From: Lama guanicoe
Taxonomy: Eukaryota
Length of the DNA stretch: 64,000 nucleotides
NCBI GenBank assembly: GCA_013239625.1
Contig: MU054220.1
Span: forward strand, 8,219,367 to 8,283,366
Direction of reading: 5' to 3'
Position 1 is the stretch's first letter, and every line of letters starts with the position of its first letter. The translations under genes and the position numbers were made by a program. This document shows positions 37,668 through 51,829 of the stretch, piece after piece. The notes under the pieces were generated by a model. The model was not told where the DNA came from and ran no database searches. It worked only from the letters and a program-made list of their open reading frames with translations.

Positions 37668-38974
37668 GTCTTTCCTTTCAGTTGTGCAGATAGAATTTTT
37701 TGATGTCGCACCAGGGACTTCAGAGGATATTATAAACAGAAAAATTGAGGTACTGAAGAGCTAAAAAAATTGTACAAGTTTGCACAGCTAGGAAGGAATG
37801 AATCCACGGTACAAACACCTAGCTTTAGTGTCCACGGGCTTAACCAAAGCTGGCTTGTATCTCACGATTTTCAGCTTTTCTACAATGCCAGCCCAATGGT
37901 GAAAAAAATGCCTGGGAGAGAAGGCATCTATGTGGTTGCCAGCGTTGACAAGACCTAGTGGGTAAGAGCTCAGAATTACAGCTACCGGAGGGGGGGAATG
38001 GAGGTAATTTTTATTGGGTGCCAAGAGAGTGGACACCTATATTCCGACATTATGGAAGGTGGTTATAATTCTTCATGTCAGCTGTATAAAGACTGCCTTG
38101 ATAATGTTGCTTACAGATACCACATTTAGTAGTTCTCCTGGAGGAGTAGTAAACTGTTGGAGCTAGAGATGAAAAAGCACAAATCATTTCAAGAAAATGT
38201 GAAAATACTCACAGAACACATGCACAAGTGCAAAAGTCATATCCAAAAGGAATTGGACCCCAAATTGCAATACTATTGCAATTCTTGACCCCTGGGGTTC
38301 GATCTTTTCTGTGTCTGCTGTCTTCTCCCTGCTGAAAAACTGCATTAAAACCTTGGTAAAGTTGATAAAGTGTGAGAGCTGGGATGGTTCATGTATCTGA
38401 AATAGCCATGTCCCTTAGTGAGGAGGGAATCCAGTGAGTAAGTGGCGTGTTCAAGGCAGAACAGCCTGGAAAAGAACAGGACAGGAACCCCCTAGTCTTG
38501 AAACCCAGGAAGACACATCTTGTTTTTCCCTGGTCATCAGTTTGCCCCATTCTGTTTGCCTGTGTTGTCTTCTCTGACTTGTCGGCAAGGCACTGTTTAA
38601 AACACCAAGTGTTCCATGACTGAAGAGTAAGTGGGTGCTAGGAGGAATTTCAAGGACTGCTGAGTGACATTGTTCATTATACTACGGAGAAACCAGAAAC
38701 AGTTCAGCAAAGTCATCTCCTATCCCTGACGCCGTGCGATTGCTCAACTGTGAAAGTCTTTAGAATGGAGAAAGGAAGCTGGAGTTTCTCCTGTGACTCT
38801 AATGTTTGTGATGGCAATCAGCACAGAGTATACTGTGTCCGTGAAATCAAGGAAGAAGGAAAAGGCAAAGAAAAAGTAGGAATGAGGAGTGAGTATCTAA
38901 GGCAGAAGTGAGCATGGAACATGTAGATTTCAGCTCCCTCGCTTCTTACCATGAGAACTACTCTGTCTGCTCTT

Positions 38975-39150
38975 CCTTCTTTCCTCCTTCAAAAAATTAT
39001 TGATTTAATAAATACTCTGTGCCAGGCAGAGGCAAATATGCAAGGAGTTCAGAACTAAATGACTCAGTTACCTTCCTGTAGGAAGCACCTATGGAAAGTG
39101 GCAAAATATGATTTAATACTAGAGGTCTGCATGTTATATACAAAGTGTTG
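38975..39150 (-). mobile_element. L2 3' fragment
   Basis: ttcctccttcaaaaaattattga...tactctgtgccaggca. Confidence 0.55.
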
Positions 39151-41519
39151 CCCTCTCTCTGTATTGGAGTTGATAGTAAATAACATGATTATTTCAACAA
39201 ACGTAACATAGCATCATCCTATCAGTATAGACAGAGCCCTTGCTCAGGTTATAGGAGATAAAAGAAGTATTCTTTTCCACGCATAAAGACTCACAGAGAA
39301 GTTTCTCAAGTTTGTGACTATGATAGTCTGGCTGCTCAATATTCATGAAAAGCATTTTTTCAGTAGTTTAATAGATTAAAATCTATTATATCATTATACC
39401 TTTTTAGTACCAACTGACCACCCCACAACTTGTCACCCTAAAAATCTCTATGTATTGGGCCAAAACTCTTCCGGGACAGCTTGGTATCTATATTATGTTC
39501 TTGCAAGTAATATTTATCCTGGGGAATGCTGTCATCCAGTAAAATTGTTAGCCACATTTATTGGTGATGCATGAACATTCCACACACCTCTTGGTAAGGC
39601 ATACAGGAACTGATTTATCTGGAATTTAGCCAGAAGTTGGAAGAGAGCATTAGAATTTCGTAAGTAGAATCCTAGATCTAGTTTGCAATTTGGCTGAATT
39701 GTCCTCCATAATAAGAGGGTAGGAAGAATATGCAGGAAGTATTAATAGTTTCAGAAGGATTATGGGTTTCACTGAGGTCAGTCAGATGATAGCAATCAAG
39801 TCAGATGTGTAGTTTGAGGAAGGACTACAAAACTTGGACCCCTGTCCTCTAGGATATTATCATAACCCAGATGCAGGCACAGAGAAGACAAGGGTCACAT
39901 TGCTTCTGTGGGTTGTAACTTTAAAAATAAAAGAGATTATTTAAGGGCTATGCTGCACTCATATTTCTTAGAGTAAATTGTTCCTTAAAGCCAGGAAAGG
40001 AAGTAGGCATGTGTTGGCAAGTGGTGTTAAATATAGCAATAGAATCTGTTATGCTAATAGTATAAGTGTTATAATACTGCTTTCCTTCAATGTTTTCATG
40101 GTTACACATAATTAGAGCATTGCATTTTATTTGTCCTCTTTGTTAAGAAAATTAGCATTTCTAAAAGCAAAAAAGAAAAGCAGCCTCATTTCAAGTTGTC
40201 CATTAATTCTGTCATATCTTGTAATTTTAGTCATTTGTAAATCTCTTCACGTAGTGTTTTCTCTTTTTTTAACTGATACAGTATCCTAGGTAGGAGGTTA
40301 TTTTGTGCTTATCTTAATGCAGTGAGTGTAAATAAAAATGGCTTCTGAAAGAATAGATACATACAGGTAAAAACTTTGAGCAATAGATATTAAATAAACT
40401 TGGGGTGGAAGGAGAGTCAGTTTGATGCTGAGTTTATGAGTTGTTCGAAAAGCTTCTCACATGCTTCCTAAGGCCAGGATTGACCCCAGAGCTAGGTGCT
40501 GACTGATACCTGCTGGTGGTGGTCAATGTGGGAGTTATAGCTTATTTATCTGTTTATCTAAGAAGCCAGGACAGCACTTAGCACATAGAAAATGCTCAAT
40601 AAGATTACATGGAATAAATACTGAGCAGGTTGTAACAAATGTAGTTACTGACCATAAGTTGACCTCAAGCAATTGAGAAAACAAAGTCAGTCTGAGATGC
40701 ATCTTTGAATAATAATTTCCACCAAGATTGTTATGAAAACAACAAAAAAAATGGCAATTAATGGGGACAGATTATATCCATGGGATAATCAAGTCAAGAG
40801 GGTGATGAAGGTAATACATTATATGTCATGGCATCTAATTTAAAAAAAAAACTCGTATTGCAAAGGACGATAATGTCTTACTTGCATGTTGGGAAGTTGA
40901 AGACTTTTGAGACTAGAATACTCATCCATGGTCACAAAGATAAAAAGTGACTGACCCAGAAGTCTATTTTCTTACTTCGCAAGTCTGGTCAGAGTTTACT
41001 CACCTAGAAGAGGGGATCTGCATTTCTAATCAGATTTGAGGGCCATTTGGCATATGTAGACCCTGAATCTCACTGGAAGCACTGTGTTTCCTACTGCTGA
41101 ATGCTGGTTCCATATAATGTAAGAACACTGTGTTGTCAAAGGGCTCTGTTCCAGAAGCCGGTTCCTCATGAGCTATGTGGGCAGCAGGCTCTCTGTATTA
41201 TAACTCAAAAGCGAAGGATCTCGACTTCACAAAGATAGGCTTCCATTTGAGCAATGCATGAGAATAATAGAAGGACAAAGTTAAATATGGCTGAGAGCAT
41301 CTGTAGGACAAAAACTGTTCAAATACAGAACTAGAATAAAATTTGTTAAGTAAACTATCTGAGTAATAAATGTATCACTGAGCATTTTAATGAAATACGT
41401 TTCCTTCTCAGATTTTGCTTTGGAAGGGACAGAGGTTAGAGAACATGAACTAGAGATTAAGTGCCTAGTTGTTTTTAGTCCATGAAAATCCACATGGCAA
41501 CGTAATAGTGTGAGGAGGT

Positions 41520-42062
41520 AGTGGTAGGCAACGTCTGAGGTAGCCTCCAAAGATACCTTCCTTGAGGTAGGAACACCCCTTGTCGAATCCTTTTATTTGA
41601 GTGTGGACTGAACCCAGTGACTTGTTTGTCACTGACAGAGTACAACACAGATGATGAGATGCCATGTGATTAAGCTACAAAACGTAACTTCTTTCTTGAT
41701 GGTAGACTCCCCCCTTCATTGTAGTTTTCACTTGTACACCTTGATAAAGCAAGACACCATTAGGGAGAGACACGCATGGCAAGGAACTGAATGTGGTCTC
41801 CAGCCAACTGCCATCAGGAGCTGAGGCCCTCTGTCCAACAGCCTTCAAGGAACTCAGTCATGCCAATTGCTGCCTGTGTGTGCTTGGAAGCCTGTGCTTT
41901 TGCAATGGAGCCTTCAAATGGGCTGCACATTGATTACAGTCTGGTAATAGACAATCCAGATAAGCTGTGCCCAGATTTCTGACTCACAGAAACTTGGAGA
42001 TGATAAATATGTGTTGTTTTAAGCCATTAAATTTAGAGTTATGCAGCAATAGATAACCAACA
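41520..42062 (+). mobile_element. MLT1F-like solo LTR
   Basis: ttgagtgtggactgaacccagtgacttgttt; catggcaaggaactga; ccagatttctgactcacagaaact...tgttgttttaagcca...atgcagcaatagataaccaaca. Confidence 0.88.
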
Positions 42063-43449
42063 TAGAGGAATTTACTGATAATGGACCTATAAGTCAGCAA
42101 TCCCAGAATTAATTGTCTTTCTCTAGATTGATTACGTATCAGGTCCAATCTCAACCATCTGCAAAACGTGGTGTGGACTCAACAGTTACTGCAAACCACT
42201 TCCATCTGTCTTCTAAGTATATCTCAGAAGCATGGTATTTCTTTTCCATCATCTCCATTTTGCAGCCTAACCTGCAGAAAGCACACAGAGCCTTTAAAAA
42301 GGAGGAAGATTGAAAACTGAAATGAAACGTGAAAGTATGAATTCAATGAGAGAATATCCTGTGTTATAGCCTGTAACCGTGGAAACAGTAACTCCGGTAC
42401 GTGGGGTTCTTTCCGATATAATTTTACCATAAATTATAACTGGAATGCATTATAACAGAGAAATTTGAGTCAACTTACATTGCTAATTTTGGAACACATT
42501 CTTTGTGTAGAGTTAATTGAAAAATTACTTTTAAACAATAGACAATTATGTTAAATCTTATTGTGTTAGTGCATAATTGAGGAAGTGCATAACAAAAGAC
42601 GTTTGCTTTGTCAAAGAAAAATTGAGGTGAGTTAAATATTTGATTATATGAATATTTTCCTCTTTTTTTTTTGTACTAAATCAGTTTTAACCTATTACAG
42701 GAAATGATATAGTCAATGAGATCTTATATTTTGTGGGGTTATCTAATTTAATTTCACACCCCAAACAGGATTTCTTTACAGTTTCCCTTATCAATCTAAC
42801 TTGCCACAACAGACAAAATTAAAAAAAAAAAACTTTAATAGATAGCTTTTTCTTTAAAATCTTATGTATTTTTAAATATCTAAATATTCATTGTGATGAC
42901 TTAAAAGCAATGCATTTTTTATGCAGAGGCCCTGCAAAAGCTCTCCCAACAACCTTCTGATGTAGTATTATTGATCTCAGTTTATATATAAATTGGCATA
43001 TAGAGAATAAACAACTTTCCAAGGTCAAATAGCAAAGGGTAAATTCATACACAGAGAATCTGTTCTCAAAGCCCATTCACCTAAGCTTTGTGTCATACTG
43101 GCCAGTATCTCACATTGAACACTGAGTTTTTTTTTTTTTTAATCTGTGTTGCTTCCTCTCTGTCTTCCTCCCCTCTTTTCTCCTCTCTTTCCCTCCAGTC
43201 TCCCTCCCCAACTCCTCAATCTCTTTCTCTCTCTGCTGTTTGCAAATTTTGTAAGCATCTCTTATTTTACCTGTTTTTGCTGATTATTTCAGACTCTTAG
43301 TTCCTACCAGTAATGAATAGACATGATTTTACAAAGGTCTCCACCTCCAGCAATATTCATGCTATTTATTTTGATGTCTACCATTAACTGGAATTTTAAG
43401 ATATTTTAACTATGAGCAAGCCCTGGGCTGAGTTAATGTGAAAGATAAC

Positions 43450-44145
43450 AGTTTGGTGTCTCCCAAAACTGAGTAAAGAGTATTATAAATTACAGACCTC
43501 GCCCTCACCCATTGTGTCTACTCATGTCCTGCTTCCACCTCCAACAGCTAGTGTTCAGTAATCTCTCAGAATATCCTCTTCTTTCAAATATTGGAGCTGG
43601 AAAGCTGAGAATAAAGTCTATCAGAGATAGCCGATAAAGTCTTGATGGAGATTTCAGCCTAATGGTCATGCTTGGCCAATGCACTAGTACAGGTCAGTCA
43701 TTAAGACCAGGAAGATGAAGCTTCACTACCTGGGTTGAAACTATAGCATCTCCCATTCTGGCTGTGCAACCTTGGGCAAGTTACTTTACCTGTCTGAACC
43801 TCATTTACATTTATAAAATGAAGATAATAGCCTTTAGTTTCATTATGAAGAGTTAAAAGGGAATGAAAACAAGCGCTACATAAGTATAAAATAAAAATAT
43901 GAACATGTACATGATGAGAAAGTAGAATGAGGGAAATGAACATGAGGTAGAACACGCAGCCCTTGAAAGACGGACAGGTAGATTTATATCCCACACTCCA
44001 GTTCCTGAAGCCAAAAGATCTACTTCTAGGCTCCAGGGAGATGTCTTTTGCACCACAACAATAAATTCTCCTTTTTAACAATTTAAGCTATTGTGAATGA
44101 GTTTGTCTTACAACTAGATAAGATTTCCTGGAGCAGAATACTGCT
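43450..44145 (+). mobile_element. Old MaLR/ERVL-type LTR, apparently split by a MIR
   Basis: 3' part ccagttcctgaagcc...aataaattctcctttt...tttaagctattgtgaatgagttt; LTR-like 5' part at 43450-43715. Confidence 0.5.
43720..43890 (+). mobile_element. MIR SINE
   Basis: ctacctgggttgaaa...ggctgtgcaaccttgggcaagttacttt...ctgaacctcatttacatttataaaatgaagataatag. Confidence 0.8.
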
Positions 44146-45984
44146 AATATAGAGTGAGAGGATTCAAACTGTTATTGTTGATAATATACCCAGTACAATG
44201 TAAAACACTTTAGAAAACTGTATAATAAAGGATAGATAGTATTTTTCTCCTTGTCTACTAATAGTTGATTCTTCTAATGTAGAGAAACAAATCTATGATT
44301 TTGTCATTTCCTGTTCAGAAACCTCAATGGCTCAACATTGCTTCATGAGAAACACCTAATCTTAGACTTTCAACCATCTATTTCCTATCACTGATCTATG
44401 TCAATAAAGTCAGTTATTTTATTTCCTTAAACTGGGCTCAGTTGTGGGCCACCTGTCCTGATCTGCCCTACATTCTGCTTCTTTGCCTAGTCTTGATTTT
44501 TCTGGCTCTGGAACAAGAAACATGTTCTCTCTGTTACTCCCAGGGTCTACATTTTGTGCTCTGTCTTTGACATAATTTATGCAGCTTTCCTTCATTGGAA
44601 ATTAAAATTTATTGTATTTAGCCACACAATCCCAATGCCTTGCTCAGTCAAGCCCAAATAGTAGGTCACTGTCATATTATAGATCCTCACAGCCTGGAGT
44701 CACCACTGTATCTAGCAGCATATTGTGAATAGGACCTTGGCACAGTCAAGACATTTTACAAAGGGCCAGTCTTTTCATGGAACAGTTTCCTCTGGTAACT
44801 TCTTAGATGAGCTTTATTTATTTTTGGTGTCTTCCTACCATGGGTCTTTGGTTATCGGAAGGTTTGGGAAATCAGCATGCGTACTAAGCTCTAGTTCGCT
44901 CTCTTAACTATACTCCTGAGCACAGTGAGGTTCGTATTGCGCGTGCTTGTAACGAAGAAGTTGGTTCTCCAGAGCATTTCAAAATCTTGAGCTTCTGCTT
45001 TATTTAACTGCTCACAGAATGTCATCTTAGCATTAGCACCTCTATCTATTTATAAACAAGATTTTTTTTCGTTAAAATCACAATTGTACTTGATCCAGCT
45101 TTCTTTTTGAATTCACATTGTATGGTGATTTATTATTGAGAAAGGACTGAAAATATTTATGAAAGTGTATCAGGAAGTAATATCAGGATGGCCAAAACTA
45201 AAAACTATAAATGAATTTTAAAAATAGCTTTTGGAAAACAGCTATCCAAAAACAGAATTTCCCATATGGATTTTTATTTTCTAATGAAAAACTACGCTGT
45301 GGATTGCTGAAATGCAGAGATCTGCTTCTTGGTTCTGCTGAATTCTTTATTTTTCTGTGGCAAATAAAATATCTTATTTTGAAAGTTGGAAATGTGTCCA
45401 AGTCATGTCAATCTGGTGGGAAAATATAAAAATGCAGATGCTAAGGATCATGAAGATGAGTAATTTGACCAGCTCTGTCTAGAGGAACAACTTTTTTAAA
45501 CCATTTAGTCATAGTGATCTAAGATGAAGATGACAGATCCATTTATAAATAGCTCCTTCCTTGGTCTGTAGCTTCTCTGTCATCTCTACAGCTCTTGGTT
45601 CCTTCAGTAATTATTAAATGCAAATATAAAGGACACTTTTTCTTGCCCACTTTACTGAATTACCCGTTTTGACATTACAAAAGGGTAATTTTATAATGAT
45701 CATTCAATAACACTGCCATAAAAGACTAAACCGTTGTAGATGTTTTTCGAGCCTTGGCTAATATGTCTTCATCCTCCCCTTCCTGTGTTCTCCATGTCAT
45801 TATACATGTCACCCATGCCCAAAAATCATCATAGAAGGATTTTTGGGGAACTACTGATTCAACATTTTCTTAAACCATCATTGTATTTTCTAAGGTATAT
45901 CTTTCATGTTACCTATTTGATCCCAGGACACGTCAATTAGAATGAATTGATAAATTTCCTGAAGTACTGATAAGTGATAAGGAG

Positions 45985-46290
45985 GGTGCTGGCATGGGAA
46001 AAGAGCATGACGTTGAGGGGAGAAGCAAATGCGGGTTCTCATTTCAGCTCTGCCCTCTACTACCTGGGCAAGTCATTTCACCTCTCTGATTATTGATTGA
46101 GTTTATCTAGAACTTGAGCAGGTTGTTTACTTTTATTGCTGTTACCTCTTAGAAATAAACAGAGGTTCCTCACAGACAAAAGAGAACCAACTGTGCTTTC
46201 CTGTAGGACTGACATGAAGAGTAAATGAATTACTATATAGTTCCTTGAACAGTTCCTAGAAAAAAGTAACCATTCAATTAATTTTACCTT
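45985..46290 (+). mobile_element. MIR SINE
   Basis: gggttctcatttcagctctgccctctactacctgggcaagtcatttcacctctctga. Confidence 0.7.
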
Positions 46291-46584
46291 TTATTTCTCT
46301 TTATCTTCCCCGATCTAGCTTGTATCTTTGGGGATTTTCCTCTTTTAAAATTAAAGTCCATGCTTATTTCCTTGTTATAAAACAGTATTACCATAAAATT
46401 TCCAAGGAAGAATTTCACTTCTGGAAGTCTTGGATTTCTTAGCTCATCTACTTTTACCAGCCATTTGTAGTTTGTATCTGTTAGGAAATGACAAGAAAGG
46501 CATGCTCAAAATAGTTGTTAGAATATTTACAAAGTAATTAATGTAAGCATGATTTTCTAAGACACACTGTTTGCCCCCACCCCC

Positions 46585-46585
<1 letters not shown>

Positions 46586-46619
<34 letters not shown>
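46586..46619. repeat. (AC)17 microsatellite
   Basis: Perfect dinucleotide run. Confidence 0.97.
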
Positions 46620-46623
<4 letters not shown>

Positions 46624-48885
46624 TCGCTCAACAATTCCTTGGAATTCTGTGTATCAGTTTAGCTCTAGAGTGAAGAGTGTGTATATGCTTGAAGAATGAC
46701 ATTTAGCAACGTCCATTTGCTGATGTGTATTAAGAAAGCAAAGATAAGACAGTTCTGCTCCTTTCACATACCTCTGGTACAGCTTTGTCATATGTGTGAA
46801 AGATTAAGCACTAGGACTAACTGCAATTTCTAAGACTAGAAATAATAACAAACGTGTGTGATATAAAGACCAGGACGCGTTTGTTTTTCAGCCTTTGCAA
46901 CATTACCCACGTGGTATATATACTTCTGTTTTCATGCTTCCATTGTTTCTGTTCCTCCCCTACAAATAGTCTGTATGGACCAACTTTGAAATGTACTTGC
47001 ATAAGACATGACTGAAGAAAATGATGGAGATAAAATACCATTTTTTGATAAAATGAAACCAAACAGTTGGCAAGACAGAGTTAAGTTGTTTTTTTTAGTA
47101 GATGGTTTTTCCAAATGTGTCTTACATTTAGCTATGACAGAAAATCTTTATCCATGTTATTGTACGTCATCTAAATGGTTTCCCACTCTTTGATAAATAA
47201 CTTAGAAGGACATTAACTTAGAGAGATATTCCTGTTACTTAAATTTATAATTCCTACAAATCATGTTGGAATAGAGTTTGGCAGAGTTTGGTAAGCTGAT
47301 GGCTGATGAAAGAGAGGGTTCTAGAGGTACATGTATTTGACCTTTCAGTGTTCTGTATTCCATGTTAGCAACTGTATCTTTTTCCTTAAGGGCAACGTGA
47401 CTCCATTTAAAAAGTAAGGTGCTTTTGGGGAGGATAGTAGTGGAATAGGAAAAAGAAAATCTTTCTTCAGTGTCAAAGCAATCTGAATTCAAACTTTCGC
47501 ATCCTCAGTGCCAGTGAGTCACCCTTGGTCAAGTTGCTGATCTTTGGTTTCATTAACTGTATAATAGGCACGTGGCATGGGAGCAGAAATGGGACAGATT
47601 ATCTCCATATTAGAGGGCTCTAGCAGAATTCAGTGATTATTTACACAGTTCCTAGCCTAATCTCCCGATCATAAATAGTGTTTCACAAATGCTAATGCCA
47701 TATTTGCTTTCCTAAAGGATTTTTGAAAAGCCATTTTTAATTCATGATTGTATGCTAAGAGATTATAGAGGGGTTATTTTAGTTTATTCTGTTTTGCAAA
47801 GCAAAATGAAACAACAAAAACAACAGCAAAATATACTTCTATCAAAGTTGATATTTGAAATTAGAACAGAGCGCCAGCCTTGGTTTAAAAAGAAATCATG
47901 CGAGTTTTGTCAATGCTTCCAACTACCCTTTCAGAACTCGTTAACAAATTCCATAAGATCGATGCGTTTTAAGAAATGAAATTCAACATAATAGGACAGC
48001 CTTTCTTGCAAACTCTTGGATTTAATTAACCACTGAAACAAATTTACAGCCAACCTATTTAATGATTGTATCCCGAAGCTTTGCCAAAGCACAGCGCAGA
48101 CAATATAAACCTCTCATAGTCACATGCTGCTTCACATGGTATATTTTTTTAAGTTCCTTGGGGAATATTCAGGAAGGATTTTCTCTGAATGATAGTGATT
48201 TGTACTGAAGCATGTCAGTTTTAAAATGATTGCATCATAAGTTGAGTTCATGAACAGCATGCCATCCTCTCAGGAATAGCAGGTAAACCTGAAAACCATC
48301 AATATTTATTGTCTTAAAAATAACTGTACACACAAATACACGACAATCCAATTTGCATGTGGAAACTGCCCACTCCAGGATTTCCATCTTTGAATTGAGG
48401 AATAGTTGTAATAAATACTGATGGTGTTAATGCTGAGAATTACAGTTCTGACTGTTAAACTCAGCATTTTGGTTTGGTTTTAATGGAATGTCCTGAAAAG
48501 TAACCCATACTTTTCTGAGTCGGATAGCCCCAGTTATTAAGTGCTTTAGTTCTGTCATCAAAGAAATTCATCAACGGCCCCTAATCCTACGCACTTATTT
48601 TTGTGATCACCGTGGGATTCACATTTGCACAGAGATATATAATAATTGTACTTAGAGGGCTAAGAAAGAAGATGCAATAAATCGTATGCCAACTGAGTGT
48701 AGGGACTGAGTCTGGGAAGTCAATGTGTTGTTACAGCTTATCCTCTGCAGAAGATAGGTGTCATCATTCTGTCATTTTGTATACAGAAACAAAACATATT
48801 CACAGACATTTAGTAAATGGCCCAGGATGGCCCTGTTTATAAGAGGTAGAGACTTGATTTAAATTTGTCTTTTCAAACGCATGTA

Positions 48886-49165
48886 TATGACAAAACAGAA
48901 AGAGAACTTGTGGATACAGAGAACAAACTAGTGGTTACCAGTGGGGAGAGAAGTGGGGGGAGGGCCAAGATAGGGGTAGAAGACTAGGAGATACAAACTA
49001 TGTATAAAATAAATAAGCAACAAGCATATATTGTACAGCATAGGGAAATGTAGCCATGATTTTACAATAACTTCAAGTGGAGTACAATCTATAAAAACAT
49101 TGCATCACTATGTTGTACACCTGAAACTAATATAATATGGTAAACCAACTACACTTCAACAGAAG
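48886..49165 (+). mobile_element. L1 3'UTR fragment
   Basis: gatacagagaacaaactagtggttaccagtgggg...gtacagcatagggaa...tgtacacctgaaactaatataat...aactacacttcaa. Confidence 0.9.
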
Positions 49166-49459
49166 TATAAACAAATAGAGGCATGTGTGTTTTTCATGTG
49201 ACTCCAAACATAAGCTCTACCTGGCCTCAATCTTAAGGAGAATAGAAACAGATAGATGTGTCCTGTAACAGACAGATACCCATACAGAAAGACACTAAGA
49301 ATGAAAATTAATACTACGCCGTCTGGCTCTTTAGTGATGAATGATTTGTTGCAAGGATCCGTCAAGTAAGCGGACTGAAGGCGTGTAGACTAGCTGACTG
49401 AGATGGAGACGCAGCCAAGACTGCCTGTGCCCCGCCCCGCTAGAGAGGAAATGCGAGGC

Positions 49460-49658
49460 CAGGGCTCCGAGTCAGACAGAAGAGACTTCATGTCAGTAAT
49501 GCATCATGTGTCCCTGGGCAAGTGACTTTACAACCTCATCTTGCCTCTACTTCCTAATATATGAAATGGAGGAACAGCATCAATGAGAATTGTTGGTTCA
49601 GTGTTTCTCAGGGTATTTGAGAAATAATTGAGAGAGGTTTGCAGCCCCTTACACAATC
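49460..49658 (+). mobile_element. MIR SINE whose tail resumes at ~50164-50200 after the LTR
   Basis: gggctccgagtcagacag...tgtgtccctgggcaagtgactt...atatgaaatggag; after the LTR: taggtgtttaaattatgttagctatt. Confidence 0.7.
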
Positions 49659-50163
49659 CGTTACGTAATAGAAAAGAACAGTTCAGACACCATGTTACAT
49701 CCGTTCCTTGGGCTCTAACCCTGCGCTCTGCTTCCTGGGCTTTAGTCTTGCTGGTTCTGCACTTTCTATAAGAATGCTGCCTGCAGCCTGAAATATACAG
49801 GCTAGCCTGTTCTCAAGGCTCTGACCTTCTGCATTTGTATGAAGACAAAAAGTTGCAGAATAGAAAATAACATTCGTTTCGTTGGAGGTTTACAGGGACA
49901 CCATGACCCGACCCATGTAGACAGCTGCGAGAACAAAGGATTCCAACACCAAGAAGTCTGCGACAAGCATACCCCCTCCCTTTTTGAGTATAAAGGGAGC
50001 CTGAATTCTAACTGGGGGGAACATGGTTCTCCAGGACATTAGTCTGCCATCTTATCAGTCAGCCAGCTCTCTGAATAAAGTAGTTATTCCTTGCCCCAGC
50101 ACCTCATCTCCTGATTCACTGGCCTGTCATGCAGTGAGCAGAAGGAGTTTGGACTCAGGAACA
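49659..50163 (+). mobile_element. ERV1-class solo LTR (MER41-like)
   Basis: (c)gttac... start, ...ggactcaggaaca end, TATAAA at 49989-49994, AATAAA at 50074-50079; gacattagtctgccatctt and attccttgccccagcacctc resemble MER41-type R/U5. Confidence 0.8.
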
Positions 50164-51347
50164 ATTACACAGACTAGGTGTTTAAATTATGTTAGCTATT
50201 TATATCAGCTCCTTCTCCGTTCCTCTTAATGTTTTGCAAAGTTGTTCCTTTTTTTTGGATCCTGTGAGATAGCTTCACTTTTATTTTTAAATACGGTTTT
50301 TGCTCTTGGCAGGCGAAACAGCAATCACACCTTCATCTGACTAATATGCACACGTGTCATCCAAATACTTATTTGCTCCCAATGACAGTCCTTACGAGAG
50401 AGATATGATTAACAAAATACTAGCCATTTGGAACAATACACCCACATATTACATAAACACCTCTTGTTCCCAAGTGTTCAATTCATATGTATAATGTATG
50501 AGAAGGCGAGAATGATATGCATGTATAATTGTAGCAACTCAGATATGCTAGGGAGAAAAATGCCACCAGAGCTGCATGCCTTGCAGCTGTTGCGTTCCCA
50601 TTCTGTGAACAAGAGAGAGACAAAAATAATAAATAAATAAGTGAGGCAGTAGATTAGCCTAAGTGGCTGGAATTTTCAAGAATCTATTGGTAAAATAAAC
50701 GATACAGTTCTGTAGTTAAACTAAAATGCCGAGGGCAGGCACGTGTCAAAGGAAGCACGAGCATCTGTGATTTCTCATTCTTGTCCGTGTCATCAAGCAC
50801 CATTGTGGAGAATGGTTTGGAAGGATTTGAGGGTCAGATGAATTGTCACGTATGGAGGTAAGTCGTGGAAAATGGAGAGAGCAAAGGGAAGGGAAAGAAT
50901 GAGAACAGGAAAGCTGAATAGACTAGACAGACACACCCAGAATGAGATCCCAGGGACAGCCAACCCTTCCTCCTACACTTAGAGCTCCTTTCTCCCTTCT
51001 GGAGACATCCATCCGCAGATCCCTTCATGCGTTTGATCAGAACTTTTGAAAATTGATCCCGAAAATTTAACAGTTGTTAAAATTAAACAAAAAGGGATGT
51101 TCTCTATCAAAAAGGATCAGAAATGAGGAATTATGTGACATTAACAAGATTCCTTTTTAACATTATTACCAAAGGGTCTTGATTACACTAATGCTTATCA
51201 CTAAAATCAAATAAGACGTGGGTTTCTAAATGTATTCAAAACAGAATTCCTTCACTGCGGTGCTTATGATGGAAACTAACAAATATACTCTGAGATGTGT
51301 TATTAGTCACATCAATGACGAACATCTGTAATGACTATGTGCTAGAG

Positions 51348-51560
51348 CCAGTGGCTCTCAAACGATGTTCTGCCCCCATGCAGTCCACCTCCATTTGTAT
51401 TTGCAGTGCAGATGGCCATTTTGTTGTTGTTGTTGTCATTGCAGTGACTCTCGGAGGGGAATGGGTAAGGGCAGAAATATATTTCTCCAAGCCAAAGACA
51501 CAAAATGTGCTGCAGTTCTATACATTAAAGAAGTACCACCCAGCCCAGAGCCCCTAATGC
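51348..51560. mobile_element. MER20-like hAT MITE
   Basis: ctagagccagtggctctcaaac...ttctgccccc...gccattttgttgttg...aaagaagtaccacccagccca. Confidence 0.65.
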
Positions 51561-51829
51561 TAATAATGCAACCCTATTTATAAACAGTTCGCTAAACACA
51601 TAGTTGAGGATGCTTTGGGGCAGAAAGTCCCACTTAAAATACATCATGTGTTTGGGTCTATTTTTAATTCTTTTGTATATCTCTTAAGCAATAATTTTTT
51701 ATAACCCCATAAACAATATACATATTTGGTGCTGAGTGGTGCAGGTATTAAAAAATATTACAAAAGGCAGAAAAGAGTATTCAGTATATATTAAGTGAAT
51801 GGCGTCACGGAAGCACTGGGCCTCCTAAA

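Noticed and set aside
38263..38283. Palindrome aattgcaata-c-tattgcaatt
   Set aside because: AT-rich and explained by a local duplication of a self-complementary 8-mer
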